Shown here: positions 1 through 10,435 of the stretch, one piece after another
Position numbering within the stretch: position 1 is the stretch's first letter
Layout: every line of letters begins with the position of its first letter
Assembly (NCBI GenBank): GCA_040218735.1
Contig: JAVJQW010000022.1
Location: 1-64,000 of the forward strand
Direction of reading: 5' to 3'
Length of the DNA stretch: 64,000 nucleotides
Origin: Deltaproteobacteria bacterium
GTDB lineage: Bacteria > Myxococcota > Kuafuiibacteriia > Kuafuiibacteriales > Kuafuiibacteriaceae
Made by a program: the position numbers and the translations under genes
The notes under the pieces: generated by a model
Database searches by the model: none
Seen by the model: the letters and a program-made list of their open reading frames with translations, nothing else
What the model was told of the DNA's origin: nothing

Positions 1-86
1 GCTTCTCGACCTGGGGCCTGCTACCCGGCGCTCCGGCGCTTACCGGGACGGAACTCTCATCCGTTGGAGAGGCGTAGCCAGCGCAC
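1..86 (-). mobile_element. 5' end (domain I start) of a probable group II intron, continuing off the left edge
   Basis: Minus strand from 86 reads GTGCGCTGGCTACGCCTCTCCAACGGATGAGAGTTCCGTCCCGGTAAGCGCCGGAGCGCCGGGTAGC. This has the GUGYG 5' splice consensus followed by a segment resembling the start of domain I in bacterial group II introns. The RT ORF and domains V/VI are not in the window. Confidence 0.6.
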
Positions 87-799
87 CGATCCGTCGACGC
101 TTGCGCGTCTCCGGATCCGTCCGCGTCACGACGCACCATGCATCGAAGGTATCATCGAGCCCTCGAAACGCGATTTGGCAGGCCTCGAGGACGACCGTCT
201 GAAATCTGCGAGAGCGCACGATACGGACCGTCAGCGTCCGAAGACGAGTCCACGTCCAAAAACTTCGAAAGGGACGCCGTTCGTCGAGGAGATGGCCCGG
301 ACAGGGCCTCCAATTCCGTCAACCCCAAACAGAAAAAGAAGCCTCCTCCTCAACTCTGCCTACGCGATCGGCTATCCACCTTACCCAGCCGGCGAACCCC
401 CACAGGTCCATCGCAGCCCTCGACCGCAGGCGGCGCAATTATCCGACGCGCAATCCCGTGGTCTCGTGAAACGCATCGAAGGCGGCGTGGGTCACTCGCG
501 TGGGAGGCCGCGAGGATCCATCGGGGGACGGCCGCGACGCGACCACTACATGGGGAGCATTGCGGTTGCCGCCGACTACCGAGAGACCCGCCCGCCGTCC
601 TCCGACATCTATGCAGCGCGGACAGCGCGGACAGCGCGGGCCGGCGGGCACCGCGGCGTCGGGCGATAGATCCCAGGCCCGCCGACGGCCTTTCGATTCG
701 CGCCGGATTCGCTAAATGCACGGCACTGGCGTAAGGCCCGGAAGCGCTCTGCCTCCGACGCCTCTGGAGATCAGAGCACCCTTGGGCTGTACTACCTTG

Positions 800-1579
800 A
801 TGTTGGTTGATTGCGTCGTCTGCGGGAAGAGCCTTTCGCAGGACGCCAAGAAATGCGTGAACTGCGGACTCGCAGCACCGTTCGACCTCGTGGCGCATCA
901 GGGATGGGAACAACTAGCCCGCTGGATTCTTCAGCACTCTGACCGACTGATGGAGGAACTCCATGCTGCGAGACGGAGCAACGTTGAGTGTGAAGTCTGC
1001 GCTTCGCCGCGTAGCCTTACAGGTCCATGTTCTAGCTGTGGAACGGAGCGACGAGCCGCAACCTGTGGCCACCCCACCTGTGCAAACTCAGCAACGGGCT
1101 ACGGGCTCGTTCCCGGACCGGGGCTTTCACCAGCGTGCTCCAGCCATTGTCTCTACGATGGTCACGTCGACAATGAATGTGAGGACTGCGGCCTTTGCGG
1201 AGCGCAGAGATTCATCCGAAAGGCGTACCGGAGCGGGAAGGCCGACTACACGCGCACCATCCATCAGTACGCTCAGTTCGACGACAGCATGTCCGCTCTC
1301 TGCCTTCACGTGCGACGCCTTCCGGAACACGCAGAATGGCTGAAACGGAGGCAAGAGAAGCGCGTGAGGGAAAAGCAACTCGCCGCGCAGAAGCGTAGCG
1401 AAGAGCGAGCGCGAGCACAGCATGAAGAACAGGTTCAGCAAGCGCAGAAGGCGAAGCAGGCGAGGCAGTTGGCCGAAAATGCAAAGGCTCGAAGGTCGCA
1501 GGAGTTTCGCGTCGTAGTTGTCGGAATCGTCGTAATGATATTAGCCGCGACTGGATTCGCGTTGTTCGCTTCCCCATAG
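800..1579 (+). CDS. Hypothetical multi-CxxC zinc-ribbon protein with coiled coil and C-terminal TM helix
   Basis: ORF 716..1579, likely ATG at 800 (MLVDCVVC...CVNC). Several CxxC pairs, a Q/A/K-rich coil and a hydrophobic tail VVVVGIVVMILAATGFALF. Confidence 0.6.
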   Translation: MLVDCVVCGKSLSQDAKKCVNCGLAAPFDLVAHQGWEQLARWILQHSDRLMEELHAARRSNVECEVCASPRSLTGPCSSCGTERRAATCGHPTCANSATGYGLVPGPGLSPACSSHCLYDGHVDNECEDCGLCGAQRFIRKAYRSGKADYTRTIHQYAQFDDSMSALCLHVRRLPEHAEWLKRRQEKRVREKQLAAQKRSEERARAQHEEQVQQAQKAKQARQLAENAKARRSQEFRVVVVGIVVMILAATGFALFASP

Positions 1580-1626
1580 GTCCGGTGTCACAGCAGCTGC
1601 GACTTCCTCGTCCCACTTCGAAACGC

Positions 1627-2892
1627 CTACGGGCACATCCCGAAGTGCACGCCCGACGCGCGCGCGCGCCTCCGCTCGCAGCCGTTCACGAAGTCCATGG
1701 ACACGGGCCCCGGCGCGCATGAACACTGCGGACGGTTGGGGCTGCCGTCGCAGTCGAGTGGAACGCGGGTGCAGACGCCTCCACCGGCACCCGTCGGCTC
1801 GATACACTCGGGTGCGATGATCTCCCCGTCCTCGCAGTAGTGCGACGCGGGGCACGCGCCGATCAGGTCTCCGCAAGCGGAGCGACACTTCGGCGCCGGC
1901 CCACCGCCACACGCGCACTGTTCACCTTCGGGGCAGTAACAAGCCCCCGGATCCCAGACACATTGGAAGGCGTTCGCGCAGGCCTCGGAGCTCGCGACGT
2001 CCTCACAGGTCGTCGCGGCGTCGTGGCAGGCGTAGCCGGGGTCTTCTTCTTCACTGCCCCACAACACACATCCAGAGGTCGCGATGCAGTCGTCGCGCTG
2101 GCGATCCGCACAAGCGATCTCGCCGGTGCGCCGGGCGAACATCCCGCTGCGCCACACGTTGGGGGTGTCGGTGCACTCGGGCGGCTCGACGTAGGACGCG
2201 CTCCGGCCGTTCACGATCATGAGATCGTCGCGGACGATCTGGCGACCCCCCGCGACGTAGAGCTGCTCGTCGACGACCTGGACCGCGAGCGTCTCCCCGA
2301 TCTGCCGACCGCAGCCGTCGTCGAGCACCATACAGCCCTGGGGCTGGTACGTGATGCGCACGGCGCGATCACTCGCGGCCTCGAAGCCCCCCGCCCAAAA
2401 CGCGAGGGTGATCTCGCGGGTGTCCCGATCGCGGAGCACCGCTTCGACCTCCGTCCAGAACGGCTCGTCGATCGAGATCTCCGCCTGGAGCGTCCGGCCG
2501 ACCCGGAGCATCGCGCGCGGCCACGCCGCACCGGACGCCAAGAACCGCCACTCGGGCGTCCCTCCGGCCGGCCCCGGCTCGCCGCGGAGGACCAGCGGAT
2601 CGATCGCGACGATCTCGACGAGGCCGTCGTAGTCGGGGCGGTCGCGCGGATACTCGGCGACCTGCACGTCGAAGGATCGGTCGTACTGACAGACCACCTC
2701 GACCCCGCCGTCGCGCCGACCGCCATCGCGGGGGCCACCGTCCCGGATCGGGGTCGGGCCACCGTCGCGCGGCAGCTCGGGGCCCGAATCGCGCACCGAA
2801 GCGTCCCCGGTGAGGGGCTCCGTCCCGTCCTCGCAGCCGACGAGGAGGAGCGCAGCGAACAGAACGGGCGTAAAGCGGGGCACGACGGGCAT
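1627..2892 (-). CDS. Cys-rich lipoprotein (myxobacterial type)
   Basis: Lipobox LLLVGC, RDGG low-complexity linker and Cys-rich C-terminus. Start taken at ATG 2892. Confidence 0.7.
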   Translation of the reverse strand: MPVVPRFTPVLFAALLLVGCEDGTEPLTGDASVRDSGPELPRDGGPTPIRDGGPRDGGRRDGGVEVVCQYDRSFDVQVAEYPRDRPDYDGLVEIVAIDPLVLRGEPGPAGGTPEWRFLASGAAWPRAMLRVGRTLQAEISIDEPFWTEVEAVLRDRDTREITLAFWAGGFEAASDRAVRITYQPQGCMVLDDGCGRQIGETLAVQVVDEQLYVAGGRQIVRDDLMIVNGRSASYVEPPECTDTPNVWRSGMFARRTGEIACADRQRDDCIATSGCVLWGSEEEDPGYACHDAATTCEDVASSEACANAFQCVWDPGACYCPEGEQCACGGGPAPKCRSACGDLIGACPASHYCEDGEIIAPECIEPTGAGGGVCTRVPLDCDGSPNRPQCSCAPGPVSMDFVNGCERRRARASGVHFGMCP

Positions 2893-2999
2893 TCCTACCG
2901 CATCCCGTTCGGCCTCGGCGGCGATTTTGTCCCAACGGACCGGATACGTAACCAGGGCGGTTGTGGACGACGCACCACACTTGCCAACCTCCGCGCCCA

Positions 3000-4223
3000 A
3001 TGAAGCGCTACGCCCTCCCCCTCCTGCTCGGACTCGCCGTCGCATGCGGCGAAGCAGACCGAGGCGACGACGACGGACTCCTCACCGAACGCGACGGCGG
3101 CACGGAACAGGTACAGGACGGCGGCGAGACGCCCCGCGACGGCGGTGAAGCGGCGCGCGACGGCGGCGTGGAGCCGGGGCGCGACGGCGGACCGAACACC
3201 ACCGGCCCGATCGAGGCCCCGTTCGACGAGTGGACCTGGGTCGACGTACCGGACAGCCGCTGCATGAACGAGACGCCGACCGGGTTCGGCGTGAACATCC
3301 ACGAGAACGCGACCTCGCTCGTCATCTTCCTGATGGGCGGCAACGCGTGTTTCAACGATAGCAGCTGCTTCGTCACCGCGAACCGCGACGGCTACGGCGC
3401 CTCGAAGTTCGCCAACGACAGTGTGCTCGGCGCGCCGGTCTTCGATCGCTCGGCCCAGAGCAACTACCTCGCCGAGTGGTCGTACGTGTACGTGCCGTAT
3501 TGCTCCGGCGACGTGTTCTCCGGGACGTCCGGGCGCACGCAGGTCGGCAGCGGCTCGTACTACTTCCAAGGCTACGACAACATCGGGCTGTTCCTCGAGC
3601 GCATCGTCGCGACATTCCCGAACGTCGATCGCGTGCTCCTCACCGGCGTCAGCGCGGGCGGCTTCGGCGCCATGCTGAACTTCGAGCGCACCCAGCTCGC
3701 GTTCGGGACCTCCGTCGACGTCACGCTGATCGACGACTCCGGCCCGCCGATGTCCACCGACTACCTCGCCTCCTGTCTGCAGGATCACTGGCGCAACACG
3801 TGGGGGATGGAGGCCGGACCGCTCGCCACCTGCCCGACGTGCGTCGACATGGACGGCGCCTTCGTCGAGGGCTACCTCGACCACATCAAGGCGACGTTCC
3901 CGACCAACCGCTTCGGGCTGATCTCGAGCAACGCCGACGAGGTCATCCGCGGCTTCTTCGGGTTCGGCACCAACAACTGCGCGAACCTCAACGGGCTCCC
4001 CGGCAACTACCCGGGCACGCGCTTCCAGATGGGCCTCGAGGACTTCCGCGACAACCTCGTGGGTGACGTCGACAACTTCAAGCTCTACATGCCGACGGAC
4101 ACCCGCCACGTCTGGCTCGGCAACCCGCCGTGGCAGACTACGCACTTCGGTGTCACCCTCCAGGACTGGATGGTCGACGCGATCGAGGACCGCGCCGGCT
4201 GGAGCCACGTCCCCGCGCCCTGA
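3000..4223 (+). CDS. Pectin acetylesterase-family alpha/beta hydrolase lipoprotein
   Basis: Lipobox LAVAC; motifs FLMGGNAC, YVPYCSGD, nucleophile GVSAGGFG and IDDSGP typical of the PAE family. Confidence 0.85.
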   Translation: MKRYALPLLLGLAVACGEADRGDDDGLLTERDGGTEQVQDGGETPRDGGEAARDGGVEPGRDGGPNTTGPIEAPFDEWTWVDVPDSRCMNETPTGFGVNIHENATSLVIFLMGGNACFNDSSCFVTANRDGYGASKFANDSVLGAPVFDRSAQSNYLAEWSYVYVPYCSGDVFSGTSGRTQVGSGSYYFQGYDNIGLFLERIVATFPNVDRVLLTGVSAGGFGAMLNFERTQLAFGTSVDVTLIDDSGPPMSTDYLASCLQDHWRNTWGMEAGPLATCPTCVDMDGAFVEGYLDHIKATFPTNRFGLISSNADEVIRGFFGFGTNNCANLNGLPGNYPGTRFQMGLEDFRDNLVGDVDNFKLYMPTDTRHVWLGNPPWQTTHFGVTLQDWMVDAIEDRAGWSHVPAP

Positions 4224-4317
4224 CAGGGGGCGAACGCGCCCAAACACCGCATTCTGGCTACCTACCCATCCCGCCGAAAACCCGCGACGATGTCGGACGG
4301 TGGCATCGTACGCCGAT

Positions 4318-7300
4318 GTGTCGTGGGTCGACCGACTCGCGGCCGTCGCAGACGACGTCGAGCCGACCGACGACATCGGCCCGATCGGGCGCCACCTCGC
4401 CTGGCTCGGCGCTAGCCCCCGCCTCTCCGCCGAGCAAACGCTGCGCGTCGACTTCGACGGCGCGATCGACGTGGACCGGTTCGCCGACGCGTTCGCAGAG
4501 GTTGCAGAGGCGACCGCGATCCTCGACGCGGGTCCGGGCGCGACGCAGATCGTGCGAGCCCCCGACCGAACGTGGGCATCGTCGATCGCCGCCCGCGCGC
4601 GGATGCCGCTCGATCTCGCCGCGAGCCCCTACGCCTCCACCCTGTACGTCGACGGTGACCGGACGCTCTGGACGCTGCGCGTACACGAGAAGGTCGTCGA
4701 CGCCGAGTCGTGCATACGGATCACCAACCGCGTCGCGCTCGCGTACGCGGGGCGCGTCGTTCCGCGCGACGACACCTTCGTCGAGTACCTCCGCGAGGAG
4801 CGCGTCCAACGCTGGGCCGAAGCCGAACCGGCGGACGCCGACGACGAAGCACCGCTCGCGTTCTACGGTGAGGCGGCTCGCTGGAATCGCCTCGGGGTGC
4901 ACCGCGAGACCCACGCACTCGCGGAGAACGCGGGGCTCATCGGGCTCTGGGCGGCGACCGCGGCGTACGTCGCGCGCGCGACGGGTCGAGCCCTGACACG
5001 CACGGCGGTGCCGGCGAGGCTCGGGCGGAACAAGGGGATCGGCGCGATGACGGAGTGGTTCCCGCTCGACCTCGAAGTCGCACCCGACGACACCGGCGCC
5101 ACCCTCGTCGCGCGCGCCCACGACGCGTACGAACGCGCCAAAGCCGAACGCCTCCGTATCGACGAAACGTACGGCCGCCCCGCCGACGTCCGTATCGCCA
5201 TGACGGACCTCCGCATCGACGGGTTCGACGGCGTCACGGCACGCGCGCAGATCGCGCCGAGCCTGTTGGATCGCAACGCCGTCCCTCGTGTGCAGGCCCG
5301 TGACTTCGCGAGCCTGAGCGTCCACCTACACCTGACGCGGGACGGACCGTCGCTGTGTTGTGACCTCGCCGACGACGCGTTCCCGCGCAGCGCGCCCACG
5401 CGCGTCGCCCAACAGATGGCGGCGCTCCTGGACGGCATGCTCCACGAACCCGAGCGGCCGTTGCAGGCGATCGATCTTCGCACGGAGGCGGAGCGCCGAC
5501 GCGGGGCCCCTCGCCTCCCGCCGCCCGCGCCGTCGGTGGCGCACAGGATCCTCGCGAACGCCGAGGCCGCCCCGCGCGCCGTCGCGGTGGAGGACCACCG
5601 CGGTCGCCTCGGGTACGAAGCGCTCGTGCGTCGGGCATCTCAGCACGCGCGCCACCTCGCGGCCCTCGGCGCCAAGCCCGAGGAGCGCGTCGCGATCTGT
5701 CTCGACCGGACGGTGGAGCTCCCCGTCGCGATGCTCGCCGTGCACCTCTCGGGTGCGGCTTTCGTTCCGCTGGACCCGACGCACCCCCGACACCGGACGG
5801 CGCTCGTCCTCGAGGACGCGGCGCCGAAGATCGTCCTGACGGAGTCGAAGCACCTGTCCGTGCTGCGCCCGCCCGCCCACGCCCGCGTCGTGAGCATCGA
5901 CGCCGACCGCGAAGACATCGAGCTGCTCGACGACACCCCCATCGAAGCACCGCCGCCTCCGCCGGATCGTCTCGCGTACGTGATCTACACCTCCGGCTCG
6001 ACGGGCCGCCCCAAGGGGGTGCAGATCGAACACGGCGCTTTTGCGTGTTTCCTGCGCGCGATGCTCGACGTCGTGGAGCTCGACGCGGACGATCGCCTCC
6101 TCGCGGTGACGACGCCGACGTTCGACATCGCGCTGATGGAGCTGATGCTCCCGCTGTACGTCGGCGGCACGGTGGTCGTGGCCCCGGAGCGCGCGACGAG
6201 GTCACCGCGCCGCCTGGCGGATTGGATCGAGCGCGGCATCACGTACATGCAGGCCACGCCGTCGACGTGGAGCATGCTCGTCCAGAACGGGTGGAAGGGC
6301 GCCAAGATCGTCGCGCTGTGTGGCGGCGAACAGTTCCCCATCGACCTCGCGGCGGAGCTGATGTCGCGGACCCTTCGGACGGTGAACGTCTACGGCCCGA
6401 CGGAGGCGACGATCTGGGCGACGGCGCACGAGATCCGTCGGCGCGAGCACACACGCGTCCCGATCGGTCACCCGTTCGCGGGCGTGGACGCGTTCGTCGT
6501 TTCGAACACCGGATGCCCCGCGCCCGACGGGATGGAGGGCGAGCTGTACCTCGCGGGTCCGCAGCTCGCGCGCGGCTACCTCGGGCGAGACGAGGAGACG
6601 CAGCGGCGCTTCGTCGTTCATCCCGCCGACGCGACGCGACGCGCGTACCGCACGGGCGACCTCGCACGTCGTCGGCGCGACGGCACGTTCGAGTGCCTGG
6701 GGCGCCTCGACGACCAGGTGAAGGTCCGCGGCTTCCGCATCGAGCTCGGTGAGCTGGAGGCGGTCATTCGTCGTCACCCGCGCGTCGTGGATGCCGTCGC
6801 CGACGTGCGCGAAGATCACCCGGGCGACCGCCGCCTCTGTGCGTTCGTCGTGTTCGAGGGGGACCAGGGGCCGCCGATGGTCCAGACCCTCCGCGACTTC
6901 CTCGCCGAGCACCTGCCGAGTTACATGCTGCCGTCGAACATCGTCGCGCTGCCGAGCCTCCCCCTCACGCCCAACGGGAAGGTCGACCGGCGCGCGCTCC
7001 GGGCGCCACCCGCGCCCGAGAAGCGGGACCGCGCCACCGTCGTGCGCCCGCGCGACGATCGTGAAGTGCGCATCGCCGCGATGTGGCGCGACCTGCTCGG
7101 CGTCGAGGAGGTCGGCGTGACGGATCGTTTCTTCGACCTCGGGGGCCACTCGCTGATGGCGGTGTCGATGCTGTCGTCGATCGAGAGCGCGTTCGGTACG
7201 ACGCTGGACCCCGGCCCGTTCTTCGAGACGCCCACGATCGCGACCATCGCGTCGGCGCTCGACGTCGAGCACCCCGAGCAAGGCGCCTCGGTGATCACAC

Positions 7301-8022
7301 TCGAATCCGGTGGAGACCAAACGCCGCTGTTCTGCATCTGCGGTCTACACCTGTACCAAGACCTCGCGCGCGCGGTTGGCGCGAACCGCCCCGTGTACGG
7401 GATCCTCGCGCCGTCGGAGGTGCGTTTCCTGGCCGACGGCGACACCGACGCGCTGCCCGAAGTCCCCGCGCTGGCGAGCCAATATACTGAAGCGATCCTC
7501 GCGACCCATCCGCCCGGCCCCATCGCGCTGTGCGGTGTTTCGTTCGGAGGGCTGCTCGCCTACGAGACCGCCCAGCAGCTTCGCTCCGAGGGGTACCAGA
7601 TCCGCGTGGTCGTCCTCCTCGACACGATCCTCCGCGTCGCCACCGAAGCGTCCCGACGCCGGTGGCTGGTCAACCGCATCCACGCGCTCGTCGAGCGCGG
7701 TCGTCAGGCGGGGCGCTCCAAGGTCGCGACGCTGGCGCAGGATCGCATGCGCGCCTACGACGCACGCGCCGACCGCTACGAGTCGATGCTCCCCCGCTAC
7801 GCCGGAGACGTCGTGGTGGTGCGCGCGAAGGACGGCGACGCCGGGCTCGACCTCGAGGAGACCCTCGGGTGGTCGAGCTACGTGAACGGGCGCCTCGAGG
7901 TCTACCACGTCCCGGGCACGCACTTGGGTATATTGAGTGGACCGAACGCCGTGCAGCTCGCCCGCTGCATCACGCCGCACCTCGACGGTTACTGGCAGGC
8001 TTCGATCGCAAACGGCCTATAG
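4318..8022 (+). CDS. Single-module NRPS (degenerate C - A - PCP - TE)
   Basis: A-domain motifs YVIYTSGSTGRPKG, NVYGPTE, YRTGDL, QVKVRGFRIELGE and NGKVDR; PCP FFDLGGHSL; TE GVSFGG and PGTH. The start position is uncertain. Confidence 0.9.
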   Translation: MSWVDRLAAVADDVEPTDDIGPIGRHLAWLGASPRLSAEQTLRVDFDGAIDVDRFADAFAEVAEATAILDAGPGATQIVRAPDRTWASSIAARARMPLDLAASPYASTLYVDGDRTLWTLRVHEKVVDAESCIRITNRVALAYAGRVVPRDDTFVEYLREERVQRWAEAEPADADDEAPLAFYGEAARWNRLGVHRETHALAENAGLIGLWAATAAYVARATGRALTRTAVPARLGRNKGIGAMTEWFPLDLEVAPDDTGATLVARAHDAYERAKAERLRIDETYGRPADVRIAMTDLRIDGFDGVTARAQIAPSLLDRNAVPRVQARDFASLSVHLHLTRDGPSLCCDLADDAFPRSAPTRVAQQMAALLDGMLHEPERPLQAIDLRTEAERRRGAPRLPPPAPSVAHRILANAEAAPRAVAVEDHRGRLGYEALVRRASQHARHLAALGAKPEERVAICLDRTVELPVAMLAVHLSGAAFVPLDPTHPRHRTALVLEDAAPKIVLTESKHLSVLRPPAHARVVSIDADREDIELLDDTPIEAPPPPPDRLAYVIYTSGSTGRPKGVQIEHGAFACFLRAMLDVVELDADDRLLAVTTPTFDIALMELMLPLYVGGTVVVAPERATRSPRRLADWIERGITYMQATPSTWSMLVQNGWKGAKIVALCGGEQFPIDLAAELMSRTLRTVNVYGPTEATIWATAHEIRRREHTRVPIGHPFAGVDAFVVSNTGCPAPDGMEGELYLAGPQLARGYLGRDEETQRRFVVHPADATRRAYRTGDLARRRRDGTFECLGRLDDQVKVRGFRIELGELEAVIRRHPRVVDAVADVREDHPGDRRLCAFVVFEGDQGPPMVQTLRDFLAEHLPSYMLPSNIVALPSLPLTPNGKVDRRALRAPPAPEKRDRATVVRPRDDREVRIAAMWRDLLGVEEVGVTDRFFDLGGHSLMAVSMLSSIESAFGTTLDPGPFFETPTIATIASALDVEHPEQGASVITLESGGDQTPLFCICGLHLYQDLARAVGANRPVYGILAPSEVRFLADGDTDALPEVPALASQYTEAILATHPPGPIALCGVSFGGLLAYETAQQLRSEGYQIRVVVLLDTILRVATEASRRRWLVNRIHALVERGRQAGRSKVATLAQDRMRAYDARADRYESMLPRYAGDVVVVRAKDGDAGLDLEETLGWSSYVNGRLEVYHVPGTHLGILSGPNAVQLARCITPHLDGYWQASIANGL

Positions 8023-9551
8023 GCGTCCGTGTACATCCCGACCGGCACGAACCTCGGCGTGCCGCTGTCGAACATGAACGTCCCCACGTGCACCGCCCGC
8101 CCGCACTCGTTGAGCTGCTGGCTCACGATCGTCTCGGGCCCGCCGCGGATCCTGTACCGAACATCGACGGTGGTCGACGGCGGGAGGGGCCCACCGTGGA
8201 ACCCGAAGTAGTGCAGGTAGACGTCGTAGGACGTCTCCGCCGCGCGCGAGAGGTTCACCTCTTCCGGGCCGAGCCCGTCGACGTCGTCGAAGTCGAGGAA
8301 TGGGTCGTCGGCCTCGTCGTTCACGACGCCCCAGTCCGGGTTCTTGTCGGCGAAGTAACAGTCGTCGCCGGACATGAACGGCAGGCCCCCGGCGCGCACC
8401 ACGTGCAGATCGATGTCGCTGCGCGCCGTGTTCCACTCGATGTTCACCGTGAGGTCCGTCGTCCCCGGCAGCGGCGGCGTGGTGACCGCGACGATCGGCA
8501 CCCGCGTGATCCCGCCGTGCTCCGCCTCGATCTCCAGCGCACCGTCGTAGCGGCGCGGCAGGCCACTGGCGTCGAAGACCACCTCGAACTCGATCGAGCG
8601 CGTGCCGTCCAGCGCGGTCGGCACGTTCGGGATGGTGAAACCGGAGGCAGACCCGGGGACCACGCGAATCTCCCGCAGGGTGTACGGACCATCGCCCGCC
8701 ACCGAACAACGCACGGGGCGTCGTTCGATCTGGCCGCGCGGCACCTCACCGTAGTCGAGCAACGTCTGCTCGCACGTCATCTCGCCCGGGGCCACGGCGT
8801 CGCCGGTGACGGTGAGTGTCGCGACCTCCTCGGTGTCCAGCTCGAACGCGAGCGTCGCGCCGGTCGGGTCCATGCTCGACGGTCGGAAGTGCACCTCGAC
8901 CTGAATCGACTCCCCCGGCGCGAGCGTCGCGCTCGGAAGTCGAAGCGGCTGCCCGTCGATGTCCGTGACGCGGAAGGGTCCACGCTCTCCGCGGATGTCT
9001 TCCAACGCACCGTCCGTCTCGCCGCCGTTCTCGATGGTCACGACCTCGCTCGCGTCGCGTCCGACCTCGATGTTCGAGAAGTCGATGCGCGTGGGGTTGA
9101 GGACGGGCCGCGCCGGTGCGACGCGACGGGCGCGCGCCGTGAGCTCGAGCGGCACGGCGAGCTCCTCCGACTCGACGATCATCGTCGCGTCGTAGTCGGC
9201 CTCGTCGATCGGCGAGTACCGCACTTCGATCTCGACGGAGCGCCCCGGCAACAGCAGCGTCCCGCGGAGCGCGGTCCCGTCGATGCGCCGCGCCTGGAAC
9301 ACGTCGGTGACGGGATCGAACCGCACGTTCTCGACGCGCAGGTTGTCGGCGGAGCTGTTGGTCAAAATGGTCGTCAGCTCGTGCCGCTGGCCGATCGTGC
9401 GGGTGCCGAAGTCGAGGGTGCTCGGCGAGAAGAAGCCGCTCCCCTCGACCGGGCTGAGCCCCGGCCCTCCGGAGTCACACGCGAACAACGCGAGCACGAT
9501 GAACAGGCCCCGACGGCGCACGTCCCCGATCGTAGGCCGCCCGGCGCCCAA
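7989..9551 (-). CDS. Lipoprotein with tandem ASPM/Hydin-like (choice-of-anchor D) Ig domains and a YfaP/DUF2135-like C-terminus
   Basis: Lipobox ALFAC; repeated LDFG/IDFS/LDYG and LxPGxSVxIEVxF/Y segments; C-terminal DIDLHV...LDFDDVDGLGPEEV. Confidence 0.75.
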   Translation of the reverse strand: MGAGRPTIGDVRRRGLFIVLALFACDSGGPGLSPVEGSGFFSPSTLDFGTRTIGQRHELTTILTNSSADNLRVENVRFDPVTDVFQARRIDGTALRGTLLLPGRSVEIEVRYSPIDEADYDATMIVESEELAVPLELTARARRVAPARPVLNPTRIDFSNIEVGRDASEVVTIENGGETDGALEDIRGERGPFRVTDIDGQPLRLPSATLAPGESIQVEVHFRPSSMDPTGATLAFELDTEEVATLTVTGDAVAPGEMTCEQTLLDYGEVPRGQIERRPVRCSVAGDGPYTLREIRVVPGSASGFTIPNVPTALDGTRSIEFEVVFDASGLPRRYDGALEIEAEHGGITRVPIVAVTTPPLPGTTDLTVNIEWNTARSDIDLHVVRAGGLPFMSGDDCYFADKNPDWGVVNDEADDPFLDFDDVDGLGPEEVNLSRAAETSYDVYLHYFGFHGGPLPPSTTVDVRYRIRGGPETIVSQQLNECGRAVHVGTFMFDSGTPRFVPVGMYTDAYRPFAIEACQ

Positions 9552-9582
9552 TCCGCCACCCCGGCGCCGCGCCTACACCCGA

Positions 9583-10218
9583 CTACGCCGCCCCCTCCTC
9601 GACCGTGTCGAGGCCACCCCCGAGCGAGGTGAAGCCGCTGCGCGCGACGACGATGTGGTCCAGCAGCGGAACCCCGAGGAGCGCGCCACAGGCCGCCAGA
9701 CGGTCCGTGAGCGTCCGATCCTCAGCGCTCGGCTCGGCGTCGCCGCTCGGGTGGTTGTGCACCACGATGATACTCGCGGCGCGCCGCCGCAGCGCCGGGG
9801 CAAAGACCTCGCGCGGGTGAACGAGGCACGCCGTGAGGGTCCCGCGCGCGACCTCGTGGTGCCCGAGCGGTCGCCCGCGCGCGTCGAGCAGCACCACCCA
9901 GAACGACTCCTGGGTGTTCAGACCGACACGCGGCGTGAAGTAGGCGACGACGTCCTCGGCGCGCTCGATCCGATCCGGAAGATCCGCCGGCGCGTGAAGC
10001 CGCGCCGCGAGCGCGAGCAAAGCATCGACACGTTCGACTTCCTTCGACGGCAGCGCCAACAGCTCCGCGCCCGCGACGACGAGCGCGTCGAGTCCCCCGA
10101 TCGTCTCGAGACGATCCGCGATCGCGGATGGGTTCCGAAGGCGCGCGGCCACGCACAACAACTCAGCGTCCGTCTTCATCGCGGTCGACGAAAGCACCGC
10201 GTGTGCCAGGCGCGACAT
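9583..10218 (-). CDS. radC: RadC/JAB-domain protein
   Basis: QESFWVVLLD, VHPREVF, HNHPSGDAEPSAED and LLDHIVV motifs. Confidence 0.92.
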   Translation of the reverse strand: MSRLAHAVLSSTAMKTDAELLCVAARLRNPSAIADRLETIGGLDALVVAGAELLALPSKEVERVDALLALAARLHAPADLPDRIERAEDVVAYFTPRVGLNTQESFWVVLLDARGRPLGHHEVARGTLTACLVHPREVFAPALRRRAASIIVVHNHPSGDAEPSAEDRTLTDRLAACGALLGVPLLDHIVVARSGFTSLGGGLDTVEEGAA

Positions 10219-10435
10219 GGACGACACGCGGGCGAATTCGTTCGAAAAGCGAACGACGTCCGAAAACGCGTCCGATTATCGGACGAACGTTCCGCGGCGA
10301 AACGAAACGAAACACGCTGCGGGAGAACGACGGCGGGCAGACCACGCAGCATGGGCGCTCATCGGTCCGATGAGGTTTTCTCATTCACGAAACGTCTTGT
10401 TGCATCGGCTTCGAACCGTTACGCACGCCCCGTTC

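Noticed and set aside
614-640. 9-bp tandem repeat CAGCGCGGA, about three copies
   Set aside because: Too short and GC-rich to assign any function.
64-734. ORFs 64..669, 138..734 and 350..913 as genes or a transposase remnant
   Set aside because: They are Arg/Pro-rich with no recognisable motifs, and I found no terminal inverted repeats.
2700-3200. RDGG/DGG peptide repeats in the two divergent lipoproteins
   Set aside because: A common low-complexity linker in myxobacterial lipoproteins, not a DNA repeat element.
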